Positions 25,502-36,866 of a stretch of 64,000 bases of DNA are shown here, piece by piece. The position numbers and the translations under genes were made by a program. Each line of letters starts with the position of its first letter. Position 1 is the stretch's first letter. The notes beneath the pieces are model-generated. The model made no database searches. It saw only the letters and a program-made list of their open reading frames with translations, and was not told the origin of the DNA. This stretch comes from Octopus sinensis (Eukaryota), in the NCBI RefSeq assembly GCF_006345805.1, contig NW_021832538.1, positions 1-64,000 on the forward strand, given 5' to 3'.

Positions 25502-25840
25502 ATGCGGCTGCTAACTAACATCACCACCACTACCACCATCGCCATCACGAGTATTATTACTACTACCACCAAAACCACTGCTACCATGACCACCAACAAT
25601 TCCCCCCTACCCCTACCCCCACCCCCACCGCAATCATCACCCTCACCATCATCATCAGCAGCAGCAAGACCACAGCTAATCCCAACACTACAACCACTAC
25701 CACCCACACTACCACCCACACATTACAGTTACTACAATCCACACAGCCATCATCACCACCACTACTACTACTACTACTACCATCACCAAAACCACAACCA
25801 CCACAACCACCACTACTGCTACTACTACTACTACTACTAA
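25440..25840. repeat. (ACC)n/(ACT)n trinucleotide mosaic
   Basis: Direct reading. Confidence 0.9.
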
Positions 25841-26080
25841 ATGCGTTTTACATAGAAGCAAAGTGATGTAATGATGTTCATGCCATTCCTGATAGTCACT
25901 TCTGATGTGCAAGTTACAAGGAGGGTTTATAAGGTAGTGGTGGTGGTGGTTGGTTGGGTGGTTGGGTGGTAGTGTTGGTTGGTGGTGGTGGTCGTGGTCA
26001 AGTTGGTAGGTAATGGTTAGGCTTTTTAAAAGAATTTACCCACTCTTTCAAATTTAAAAGTTAAAACTCAAAGGCAAACA

Positions 26081-26167
26081 GATGATGACGACGATGGTGA
26101 TGATGATGACGATGATGATGATGATGATGATGACGATGATGATGACGATGATGATGATGACGATGAC

Positions 26168-26199
<32 letters not shown>

Positions 26200-26221
26200 C
26201 GATGATGATGATGACGATGAC

Positions 26222-26262
<41 letters not shown>

Positions 26263-26392
26263 CGATGACGATGGTGATGATGATGATGACGATGACGATG
26301 GTGATGATGATGATGACGATGATGATGATGATGATGACGATGACGATGATGATGATGATGATGACGATGATGATGATGATGATGATAATGAC

Positions 26393-26424
<32 letters not shown>

Positions 26425-26550
26425 CGATGACGATGATGATGATGATGACGATGATGATGATGATGATGACGATGACGATGATGATGATGATGATGACGAT
26501 GATGATGATGATGATGATAATGACGATGATGATGGTGATGATGATGATGA

Positions 26551-26581
<31 letters not shown>

Positions 26582-26808
26582 GGTGGTGGTGGTGATGGTG
26601 ATGATGATAATGACGATGATGATGGTGATGATGATGATGATGATGATGATGACGATGACGATGATGATGATGATGATGACGATGATGATGATGATGATGA
26701 TAATGACGATGATGATGGTGATGATGATGATGATGATGATGACGATGACGATGATGATGATGATGATGACGATGATGATGATGATGATGATAATGACGAT
26801 GATGATGG

Positions 26809-26847
<39 letters not shown>

Positions 26848-27042
26848 CGATGACGATGATGATGATGATGACGATGATGATGATGATGACGATGACGATG
26901 ATGATGATGATGACGATGATGATGATGATGATGACGATGGTGATGATGATGATGACGATGATGATGATGATGATGACGATGACGATGATGATGATGATGA
27001 TGACGATGATGATGATGATGATGATAATGACGATGATGATGG

Positions 27043-27075
<33 letters not shown>

Positions 27076-27300
27076 CGATGACGATGATGATGATGATGAC
27101 GATGATGATGATGATGATGACGATGACGATGATGATGATGATGATGACGATGATGATGATGATGATGATAATGACGATGATGATGGTGATGATGATGATG
27201 ATGATGATGATGATGACGATGATGATGATGATGATGATAATGACGATGATGATGGTGATGATGATGATGATGATGATGATGACGATGATGATGACGATGG
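26081..27300. repeat. ~1.2-kb (GAT)n array with GAC/GGT/AAT interruptions
   Basis: Direct reading; recurrent GATAATGAC landmark. Confidence 0.95.
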
Positions 27301-27774
27301 TGGGGAGGTGGTGGTGATGCTGCTACTGCTGTTCGTGATGGTGCTGGTGGTGTTGTTTAGCCCCGAGTCGACCTTAATCTGGAAAGATCTCTATGATCAT
27401 TGCTTCAAAGACAAACCCAACCATGAACCTCCCGTCTTACAAGTTATCTAAGATTCTTAACATCACAGTGTGGGGTTCTGGGTTGAGGAAGGTTTGGCTG
27501 CTATGGGTGGATGTCTAGGCGGTAGTATGTGACAACGGTGATGGTGATGGTACAGTATATGTTGTAGTGTTGGTGCTAAAGTATAGGTAGTGTAGTAGTT
27601 GTATGAGCAGTAGTATAAGTAACAGCGGTTGTGTGGTAGTAGGTATGTGATAGAAATGCTGGTGCAATAGTATAGGTGGTAGCGGTGGTGGTGTTGGTAG
27701 TAGTAGCATCCTAGTAAGTGGTGTAGTGAGTGGTGGTGTTGCTCTAAAGTGGTAGTAGTGAAGTTATAGCGTAC

Positions 27775-27797
27775 TTAGTAGTAGTAGCAGTAGCGGC

Positions 27798-27838
<41 letters not shown>

Positions 27839-27842
27839 CAGT

Positions 27843-27895
<53 letters not shown>

Positions 27896-27897
27896 CA

Positions 27898-27941
<44 letters not shown>

Positions 27942-28269
27942 TAGGTGCAAGTGTTAATGGTGGCTTGCTGTTAGGGTTGTAGTGGAGTGTCACACCCTTT
28001 GAGTTACAACTGGCAAACTAACCACCACCACCACCACAACAGTTACTACAACCGAAACTATTACTACTACAACTACTACTGATACCACTATTGATACTAC
28101 AACAACTACTACTACTGCTACTGCTACTCAAGCAATAGTTACTGCTAACCTAACCACCATTACTATATAAACTACTTATAGTAATTGTAATGTCAACTAG
28201 CACCACGACAATAATCACAACACTACAACTACTACTACTACTAGTTTATTTCTAGTATCAAGGATATGC

Positions 28270-28344
<75 letters not shown>

Positions 28345-28357
28345 TGTAGTAATAGTA

Positions 28358-28397
<40 letters not shown>

Positions 28398-28408
28398 TAA
28401 TAGTAGTG

Positions 28409-28442
<34 letters not shown>

Positions 28443-28492
28443 CAGCAGTTGTAGTAATAGTAGTGGTAGTAGTAGTAGTAGTAATAGCAGTG

Positions 28493-28575
<83 letters not shown>

Positions 28576-28600
28576 AATGGTGGTGGTGGTGGTGGTCGCG
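27775..28600. repeat. (AGT)n / (ACT)n / (AGT)n trinucleotide blocks
   Basis: Direct reading: 27775-27940, 28020-28243 and 28268-28595. Confidence 0.9.
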
Positions 28601-28717
28601 GTGTATCGCCACAACCAACCAAGGTGTCCTGACTTTCGCTGTTCATTCACAAATACACACACATATAGTAGTATATCACACGCGCACACACAAACTTATA
28701 GATAATACACACACACC

Positions 28718-28764
<47 letters not shown>

Positions 28765-28892
28765 TATATATATATATTATATATATATATATACATATAT
28801 ATATATACCATATATATATATATATATATCTATATCATATATATATATATATATACATATATATATGTATATATATATATATATATATCGAT

Positions 28893-28975
<83 letters not shown>

Positions 28976-29259
28976 ACGCACACATACGTGGAGAAGAGAC
29001 GAACAAGCACAGAGCTTTGATAGTAAGCGGGAAAGAGAAGAAATACTGTGGCAAGGGATAGATACGAACACACAAACACATAAACGACACGTGTATGTGT
29101 GTGTGTGTGTGTGTACGTATGTATATATGTGTTTGTGTATACGTATAAAGAGAGAAAGTGTGCGTAACACACACGCACGCACGCACGCACGTACGATAGA
29201 TGTAGATAGAAAGAGAGAGAAGTGGGAGGCGACGTAGAGACGTACGCACACACTTTCAC

Positions 29260-29368
29260 ATAGACACAGTGTTACGTTTCTTCCTCCGTATTTCGCTCTA
29301 CACTCCTCATACATTCCTCTCTCACTCACACTCACACACTGACACACACACACGCGCACATACACACT

Positions 29369-29401
<33 letters not shown>

Positions 29402-29530
29402 ACTGAACACAGTCACTCACTCACTCACTCTCCCTCTCTCCTTCTCTCTGTGTCTCTCCTTACCTCTTGTTCTGTCGGTTGTTTTTATTCTCGGGCTGTT
29501 TTCGCTGTTGAGCAGTTTGTCTGTCGTAGC
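29260..29530 (+). promoter_or_regulatory. Probable Frizzled core promoter / transcription start region
   Basis: CpG-containing, (CA)n/(CT)n-rich pyrimidine block with CAGTCACTCACTC directly upstream of the leader. Called on position only; the TSS is not resolved. Confidence 0.3.
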
Positions 29531-29538
29531 GTTGAGGA

Positions 29539-29609
29539 ATGGAACAACGACAATGGACTCTAGCAGAACGGACATCTATATAACAACAACAACACTCACC
29601 ACTATATAG
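29539..29609 (+). promoter_or_regulatory. Two overlapping upstream ORFs in the presumed Frizzled 5' leader
   Basis: uORF1 29539-29583 (MEQRQWTLAERTSI*) and uORF2 29553-29609 (MDSSRTDIYITTTTLTTI*). Both have a purine at -3 and G at +4. That they lie inside the mRNA is inferred. Confidence 0.5.
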
Positions 29610-29697
29610 AGACCCAGCCTCGTCCCTCTAACCATTGTTTGTAACAACAACATCAACAACAACAGCGTCAATACCGCGGAGTTGCTTTGTTGTCGAT

Positions 29698-31470
29698 ATG
29701 ACTTGGTCATCGTGCGTTTTGATCGTGTTGTTGTCAGTGGTGGGCCAAGATCTGGTGACCGGTTTTACTTCGACCTCTGACCGTCAGCACGAGCGATGTG
29801 AACGGATTACTATACCCATGTGTATGAACATGCGGTACAACATGACGAAAATGCCCAACTTGCTTGGCCAGATCAACCAAAAAGATGCGGCTATCCAAGT
29901 GCACGAGTTCCTACCGTTAGTAGAACTAGGTTGTTCCAAGTTACTTCGCTTTTTCCTGTGTTCTTTCTACGCTCCAATGTGTACAGAAATGGTCAACGCT
30001 GTCCTAGTGGTGTCCGCTTGCAGATCGATGTGTTTGGAAGTAAAATCTAAGTGCGAACCTGTCCTCAAGAATTTGATGTTCACCTGGCCAGCATCGCTTG
30101 ATTGTCAACAGCTTCCCGAGCACTCCAATAAAAAACACCTTTGTATGGAAGCCCCAAATGTCACAGACGAACCCGACATGCAACCAGAGACTGTCAACGC
30201 CGAGTGGTGGAATATTGTCCAGTCATTCAAGGATAAAACACATGACGGCCACAACAGGAGATTACATTTTGGAGGACAGTATGGCCATAACCGCGACATC
30301 GGTTCTACACACACCCTGTGTCCAGACCGGTTTGTCTACGTTGACAAACATGGGGGTCATAATTACTCTTGCGCCCCACGCTGTAATATTGATGTTTACT
30401 TCAAACAAGAAGATAAAAGATTTGCGAAGATCTGGCTCCTTGTATGGGCAACCTTTTGCTGCATTTCAACCACCATCACCGTTCTAACCTTTGCAATTGA
30501 TACATCACGTTTTAAGTACCCCGAAAGGCCGATCATTTTTCTGTCCATGTGTTACGCTATCTATTCTGGAGCTTATATGATTCGAGGTATTACTGGACCT
30601 AATTCTATATCGTGTGACCGTCTTCGAGACGGCACTGAATTCTTGATACAAGAAGGACTCGAAAGTACTTGGTGTATTATAGTATTTCTAATACTTTACT
30701 ATTTCGGTATGGCCAGTGCCATATGGTGGGTGATACTGACCCTTACGTGGTTTTTGGCTGCTGGACGCAAATGGGTCCAGGAAGCTATTGAATCACTTAG
30801 TAGCTATTTCCATGTGGCCGCTTGGGCGATTCCGGCCGTGAAAACCATTATAATTCTGACAATGCGCCGGGTTGACGGAGATGAATTAACAGGACTTTGC
30901 TTTGTAGGTAACCAAGACATCGTCGCCCTGACGGGATTTGTTATCACTCCTTTGCTCATATATCTTATCATTGGAACGATCTTTATATTTGCCGGTTTCT
31001 TTGCCATGTTCAAAATACGGCGAAATTTGAAACAAGACGGTACAAACATTCGCAAACTCGAAAAACTGATGGCCAAAATTGGTATATTCTCGGTTCTGTA
31101 TACACTGCCGGCGACTTGTGTTATAGGATGTTACTTTTACGAAAGGATTAACTTCGACAATTGGAAAACAGAAGCAATGCGTCGCCGGTGCCGAAGCAAT
31201 CGGAACGGCGAAAAAGATTGCTCTCTGTCACACTCTATACCGACTATCGAGGTGTATATGTTGAAAATTTTCATGTCTTTAATCGTTGGAATTACCAGTG
31301 GAATGTGGGTATGGAGTTACAAAACAGTGAACTCGTGGAAAAATTTCTTTTCCAGCCGTTTTTCACGTCGGAAACATATATACCACGGAAATTACCAACA
31401 GGCGCCTGTGTTTTTGATGAAGACACGAGGGCAAAAACTTGTTCCCAAAAATGTGGGAACCAGAGTATGA
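29698..31470 (+). CDS. fzd9/10: Frizzled 9/10-type Wnt receptor, intronless, 590 aa
   Basis: Continuous ORF from ATG 29698 (MTWSSCVLIVLLSVVG, signal-peptide-like); the ORF track's TTG start at 29635 is unlikely. CRD has 10 Cys (CERITIPMC..YNMTKMPN..AAIQVHEFLPLVELGC..LRFFLCSFYAPMCTE..LCMEAPN). Seven hydrophobic segments include RFKYPERPIIFLSMCY, YYFGMASAIWWVILTLTWFLAAG, GDELTGLCFVG and KLEKLMAKIGIFSVLYTLPATCVIGCYFYE. KTxxxW motif (KTVNSW) and C-terminal T-R-V. From memory, AAIQxHEF, QEGLEST, AWAIPAVKTI and IPxxExxMxKIFM match FZD9/10 better than FZD4. Confidence 0.96.
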   Translation: MTWSSCVLIVLLSVVGQDLVTGFTSTSDRQHERCERITIPMCMNMRYNMTKMPNLLGQINQKDAAIQVHEFLPLVELGCSKLLRFFLCSFYAPMCTEMVNAVLVVSACRSMCLEVKSKCEPVLKNLMFTWPASLDCQQLPEHSNKKHLCMEAPNVTDEPDMQPETVNAEWWNIVQSFKDKTHDGHNRRLHFGGQYGHNRDIGSTHTLCPDRFVYVDKHGGHNYSCAPRCNIDVYFKQEDKRFAKIWLLVWATFCCISTTITVLTFAIDTSRFKYPERPIIFLSMCYAIYSGAYMIRGITGPNSISCDRLRDGTEFLIQEGLESTWCIIVFLILYYFGMASAIWWVILTLTWFLAAGRKWVQEAIESLSSYFHVAAWAIPAVKTIIILTMRRVDGDELTGLCFVGNQDIVALTGFVITPLLIYLIIGTIFIFAGFFAMFKIRRNLKQDGTNIRKLEKLMAKIGIFSVLYTLPATCVIGCYFYERINFDNWKTEAMRRRCRSNRNGEKDCSLSHSIPTIEVYMLKIFMSLIVGITSGMWVWSYKTVNSWKNFFSSRFSRRKHIYHGNYQQAPVFLMKTRGQKLVPKNVGTRV

Positions 31471-32749
31471 GAAAATATCGATTTCTAGTCTTATTTCGAT
31501 TTTATATTGATTTTTTTTTTAAGTATTGTTTTCTTATCTATTTGCTAAACAACACACAGAAATGTCTAAAATTTATTTTATTTTTATAAAAAAGTAAAAA
31601 AAAACTATTTTATTACAGTTTGCCAACTTCCAGTTCTGTTGTTAATATAATATTGCTTCTCTTTTATACATTTTTTTCACATTTTTTTTTGGTAAAAGAT
31701 CTGAAGAAATTACCGAGTTAAATAGGATCGTAGCAGCAATGGCAGGAGTAGGCTGGGAGAGTGTTCGAATCTAACACACACCTTGGTTCTATATCAGCAC
31801 ACACACAAACACACACACAATCACAAGTTAACTTTTTACCACTTCTAAACATACGTTTTTTTCCCTAAACTTTTTATACACGCCATAATTACAACATACA
31901 CGCATCTCTTATATGTGTTTGATTTGCATACATACATACATACACATACATATATATATCAGTCTATATATAGTTACGAGGAGTTTATTCTAACAACTAT
32001 TACAAACATACTTTTCTTATACCTTCATACGTGCGTGCACATATATATGTATGCATATATGTATATCTATATATATTCATATACATACACACATTAACCT
32101 ATTATTGCATGTATCGGGTATGATCTCGCACATGAATGTATATATACACATATATAGACACAGGCGTTCTCACTTTTCTTTCCTCGCAATATGTATACGT
32201 GAAAAGTTTCTCCGTTATTCAATCAAAAACGCACAACTAAACACAGTAGAGATTGCATATACACAATTATAAAAACAAAGCAGTGTGTACATTATCGAAA
32301 CGTGTGTCTATTCATAAATATACCTACCTTTACATTATATAGTGTGTTTATATAAATATACAATTATCCCTTGCAGTATAGTTTATACACAAGTTTTATA
32401 TAAATACACCTATGCACGATATATAACATACTATAGGTGAAAGTATGTTAATAACTATATATATGTATATATATATATATATTATGAATTAGAGATAAAA
32501 CCACTATTAGGCAACTCAAACAGTGATAGACATAAACCAATACATAAATAACAAATAATATATATATTTTTAAATATATAACTTATAAACTAGATCTCAA
32601 AAAGTATAAAATGAATGATAAATATATAAGTAATAAGTAAAAACAAATTTATATAGACAGATAGGTAGATAGACAGATAGATTGATAGATAGATAGGTAG
32701 ATAGACAGGTTGGTAGGTAGATAGATAGATAGACAGGTAGGTAGGTAGG

Positions 32750-32789
<40 letters not shown>

Positions 32790-33350
32790 CAGATAGACAG
32801 ACAGAGATAGATAGATAGATAAATAGATAGGTAGGTAGGTAGATAGATAGAAAAATAAACACGCACACACACACATACTAGATCTAGCTTACTTTTTTTT
32901 GTACGTATGTATATAAATGTGTTTATCTACTTCCAGATAAACATTCGTGTGTATGCGGAAACAAAGCAGGTAAGTGTGTGTGTGTGTGTGTCCGGGCGTA
33001 CACACACACACACGCGCACACACCGACCGAGACTACATGCGGCATACATCTGGCTTATGAATCAGTTCTTTGATGTTTAAGCGGAGATGTATCAGCTAAA
33101 GTCAGCTTCTAAACTCCCTCCGCTCCGCTCTTCTCTTCTCTCTCTATCCTCCCTCCTTTCTTTCGCTTGCTCCGTAGCTCTCTTTTTCTCCATGGTTTCA
33201 TCAAATATCTGTCTATCTATCGATCTATCTGCCCTCCCACTCCCCGTTATCTATACATCGATCTGTTTTATCACTTTTCTCATACACACATATACGTTTT
33301 TGTATCTGGGTTGCAAGATTCTTTACACACACACACACATACGTATATTA

Positions 33351-33699
33351 AATTTTTCTTGAGAACATTTCTTAGTGGTAAGACCATAGCGGATCTATTT
33401 CTAGCATAAGGGTGTCCACATAGTGGTTTCCCTCTAATATATATGTATGTATATATATATATTTCTTTACTTTACTAGGTTTACTACCCACAAGGGGTTA
33501 AACATAGAGGGGACAAACAAGGACAGAGAAAGGGATTCAGTCGATTACATCGACCCCAGTGCGTAACTGGTACTTAATTTATCGACTCCGAAAGGGATGA
33601 AAGGCAAAGTCGACCTCGGCGGAATTTGAACTCGGAACGTAACGACAGACGAAATACGGCTACGCATTTCGCCCGGCGTGCTAACGTTTCTGCCAGCTC
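33351..33699 (-). mobile_element. SINE B plus (TA)n plus the 88-bp segment, inverted relative to the copy at ~22840-23153
   Basis: 33351-33438 is the exact reverse complement of 23066-23153; family B lies at 33462-33699. Confidence 0.85.
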
Positions 33700-33704
33700 C
33701 ATAT

Positions 33705-33822
33705 ATCATCATCATCATCATTTAACGTCCGCTTTCCATGCTAGCATGGGTTGGCTGCGAAACCGTCCAACCCATGCTAGCATGGAAAGCGGACGTTAAC
33801 TGATGATGATGATGATGATGAT
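33705..33822. repeat. Palindrome made of two family D 3' ends
   Basis: TAACGTCCGCTTTCCATGCTAGCATGGGTTGG + 12-nt spacer + exact reverse complement, extended by (CAT)n/(ATG)n. Confidence 0.9.
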
Positions 33823-33966
33823 AAGGTCGACTTTGCCTTTCATCCTTTCGGGGTCGATAAATTAAGTACCAGTTACGCACTGGGGGTCGATGTAATCGAC
33901 TTAATCCGTTTGCCTGTCCTTGTTTGTCCCCTCTGTGTTTAGCCCCTTGTGGGTAGTAAAGAAATA
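33823..33966 (+). mobile_element. SINE B, 5'-truncated
   Basis: AGGTCGACTTTGCC...GTAGTAAAGAAATA. Confidence 0.85.
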
Positions 33967-33967
33967 T

Positions 33968-34380
33968 ATTACTCTTTTACTTGTTTCAGTCATTTGACTG
34001 CGGCCATGCTGGAGCACCGCCTTTAATCGTGCAACTCGACCCCGGGACTTATTCTTTTGTAAGCCCAGTACTTATTCTATCGGTCTGTTTTGCCGAACCG
34101 CTAAGTTACGGGGACGTAAACACACCAACATCGGTTGTCAAGCAATGCTAGGGGGACAAACACAGACACACAAACATATACACACACATATATATATATA
34201 TATACATACATACATATATACGACAGACTTCTTTCAGTTTCCGTCTACCAAATCCACTCACAAGGCATTGGTCAGCCCAGGGCTATAGCAGAAGGCACTT
34301 GCCCAAGATGCCACGCAGTGGGACTGAACCCGGAACCATGTGATTGGTTAGCAAGCTACTTACCACACAGCCACTCCTAT
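33968..34380 (-). mobile_element. SINE A, full-length
   Basis: Reverse complement of family A. Confidence 0.9.
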
Positions 34381-34685
34381 ATATATCCTTAAATCCTTAA
34401 AAATGTTTTAGCCCAAAGGCCGCGGCCATGCTGGGGCACCATATATATACATACATACACACATGCCTGTGGTGAATGGTCAGTACACTTTTCCATGTCC
34501 CTTCTGTTTTATATATATTTCCTTATCAAGTGTTAGCGCCTTCCAAATCTATTCTATCTATCTATGCATTCAGTTATCTTTTTCGTCTGTCGGTCTATGT
34601 GTTATGTTGCTTATCAATGTCTCTCTCTGGCTATCTGACCCTTCTGTAGGTCCTGTGTACATATATTTCAAATAAATATATATAA

Positions 34686-35075
34686 GGCGCAGGAGTGGCT
34701 GAGTGGTAAGTAGCTTGCTAACCAACCACATGGTTCCGGGTTCAGTCCCACTGCGTTGCACCATGGGCAAGTGTCTTCTGCTATAGCCCCAGGCCGACCA
34801 ATGCCTTGTGAGTGGATTTGGTAGTCGGAAACTGAAAGAAGCTTGTCGTATATATACATATATATGCGTGTTTGTGTATATGTGTTTGTCCCTCTAGCAT
34901 TGCTTGACAACCGATGCTGGTGTGTTTACGTCCCCGTTACTTAGCGGTTCGGCAAAGGAGACCGATAGAATAAGTACTGGGCTTACAAAAGAATAAGTCC
35001 CGGGGTCGAGTTGCTCGAGTAAAGGCGGTGCTCCAGCATGGCCGCAGTCAAATGACTGGAACAAGTAAAAGAGTA
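34686..35075 (+). mobile_element. SINE A, full-length
   Basis: GGCGCAGGAGTGGCTG...GTAAAAGAGT. Confidence 0.9.
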
Positions 35076-35224
35076 TATACATACGGACACACACACACAC
35101 TTTATCTTCTCGTCCAGGTCGCCGCGAAAACAAGTTTTTATTTTTTACACTAACAATGTAACACCCAACAACAAAAACATCAGTATACTACTACTAACTA
35201 CTACTACACATCTTCCACATCATA

Positions 35225-35610
35225 CACTCTTTTACTTGTTTCAGCCATTTGACTGTGCGGCCATGTTGGAGCACCGCCTTTAGTCGAGCAACTCGACCCC
35301 GGGACTTATTCTTTTGTAAGCCCAGTACTTATTCTATCGGTCTCTTTTGCCGAACCGCTAAGTGACGGGGTCGTAAACACTCCAGCATCGGTTGTCAGCA
35401 ATGCTAGAGGGACAAACACAGATACACACACATACACATATATATATACGACAGGCTTCTTTCAGTTTCCGTCTACCAAATCCACTCAGAATGCATTGGT
35501 CGGCCCGAGGCTATAGCAGAAGACACTTGCCCAAGATGCCACGCAGTGGGACTGAACCCAGAATCATGTGGTTGGTAAGCGAGCTACTTACCACACAGCC
35601 ACTCCTGTCT
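35225..35610 (-). mobile_element. SINE A, full-length
   Basis: Reverse complement of family A, ~150 bp from the previous copy. Confidence 0.9.
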
Positions 35611-36193
35611 TCACTAGTGGAGAAAGACACTATATAAATGCAGTCGTCGCCTTGATGGCCACGGAAGGAACATCTTTGATCAACTGACTGTCTGTGTGTC
35701 TGTTGTTTTGGGGCGTTCTCTTGACGGTATGCTTTGATGTATGAAAAAAGTTCACTGAAAAAAAAAAAAAAAAAAAACGTCAACGCTGTTTATTGTGAAG
35801 CTTGGCGTGTCGGGTGCCGGAGTGGTAGCGGGTAGTTCTATTGTGTAGAGTAAACGGGTGCGTGTATGTCGGTTGGTGTGCGCGCGCTTGCGTACAATTC
35901 GGCCGACAAGTGCGTGTATTGATTGTAGTATGTTTATCTGAATTGTGTGTGTGCGTGTGTGTATGATATAGAACTGCATTGAATAGTGTAAGGTGTGGCG
36001 ACTGTCTACTTTGAAAGTACAATAAAGGTGTGTACAGCGTCCAATAACACCTATACTTGTTCCACGTCCTCGCGTTGGTGTTTTTTCATGTTTGGATTAA
36101 ATATATATATATATATATCACCTTGATCGACCAAACACTTATCAGATGTTGTTACACATCGCTGGTCACAATGCGCTTCGCATTGTTTTAGCC

Positions 36194-36420
36194 TTCAAAC
36201 GACGCCACCCCGCTTGGCTAAGCGAGCAGGCCAACAGAAGTAAGAGTGAGAGAAAGTTGTGGCGAAAGAGTACAGCAGGGATCGCCACCACCGCCCTGCT
36301 GGAGCCTCTTGGAGCTTTAGGTGTTTTCGCTCAATAAACACTCACAATGCCCGGTCTGGGAATCGAAACCGCGATCATATGACCGCGAGTTCGCTGCCCT
36401 AATCATTGGGCCAGAGCGCC
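36194..36420 (-). mobile_element. SINE family C, 5' part
   Basis: Matches the reverse complement of 37316-37460 and the + strand of 38715-38888. Confidence 0.75.
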
Positions 36421-36499
36421 TCCACACACACACACACATATATATATATATGCGTGTATGTGTTATGGTGTTCAATAGCAATCTTTGTACCTTGTATAT

Positions 36500-36815
36500 G
36501 TGTCTTTGTAACCTCGTGGTTTGGGGTTCAGTCCCACGGCGCGGCACCATGGCCTGGTGTTTCCCACTATATAATAGATAGCTCCGGGCCGACCAATGCC
36601 TTGTGAGGGTAACTGTGTGGAAGCCTGTTGTATATGTATGTGTGATGTGTGTGCTTGTCCCCCACACTACAGCCACTTGGCAGTCGGTGTTGGTTTGTTC
36701 ACGTCTCAGTAACCTAGCGGTTCGGCTAAATAAACCGATAGGGTAAGTAACAGAATTAAAAATAAGGTACTGGGCTCGATTTGTTCGACTAAACAAACCG
36801 TTGAGGGCGGTGCCC
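36500..36815 (+). mobile_element. Diverged SINE A-like copy
   Basis: GGGTTCAGTCCCAC...GGGCCGACCAATGCCTTGTGAG...TAGCGGTTCGGC...GGCGGTGCCCC. Confidence 0.65.
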
Positions 36816-36866
36816 CATGGTCGTGTTTGTTTGTGTGTGTGTGTGATCTCTGCATAGACACATGGA

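Noticed and set aside
26082-27317. 411-aa poly-Met ORF and the alternative poly-Asp frame (aspein-like acidic protein)
   Set aside because: Pure (GAT)n microsatellite. The Asp frame has no start or convincing splice acceptor, and the same GAT/GAC mixture occurs at 2678-2783.
29635-29697. N-terminal extension of Frizzled from the TTG start in the ORF track
   Set aside because: Non-ATG start and low-complexity (ACA)n sequence; ATG 29698 gives a normal signal peptide.
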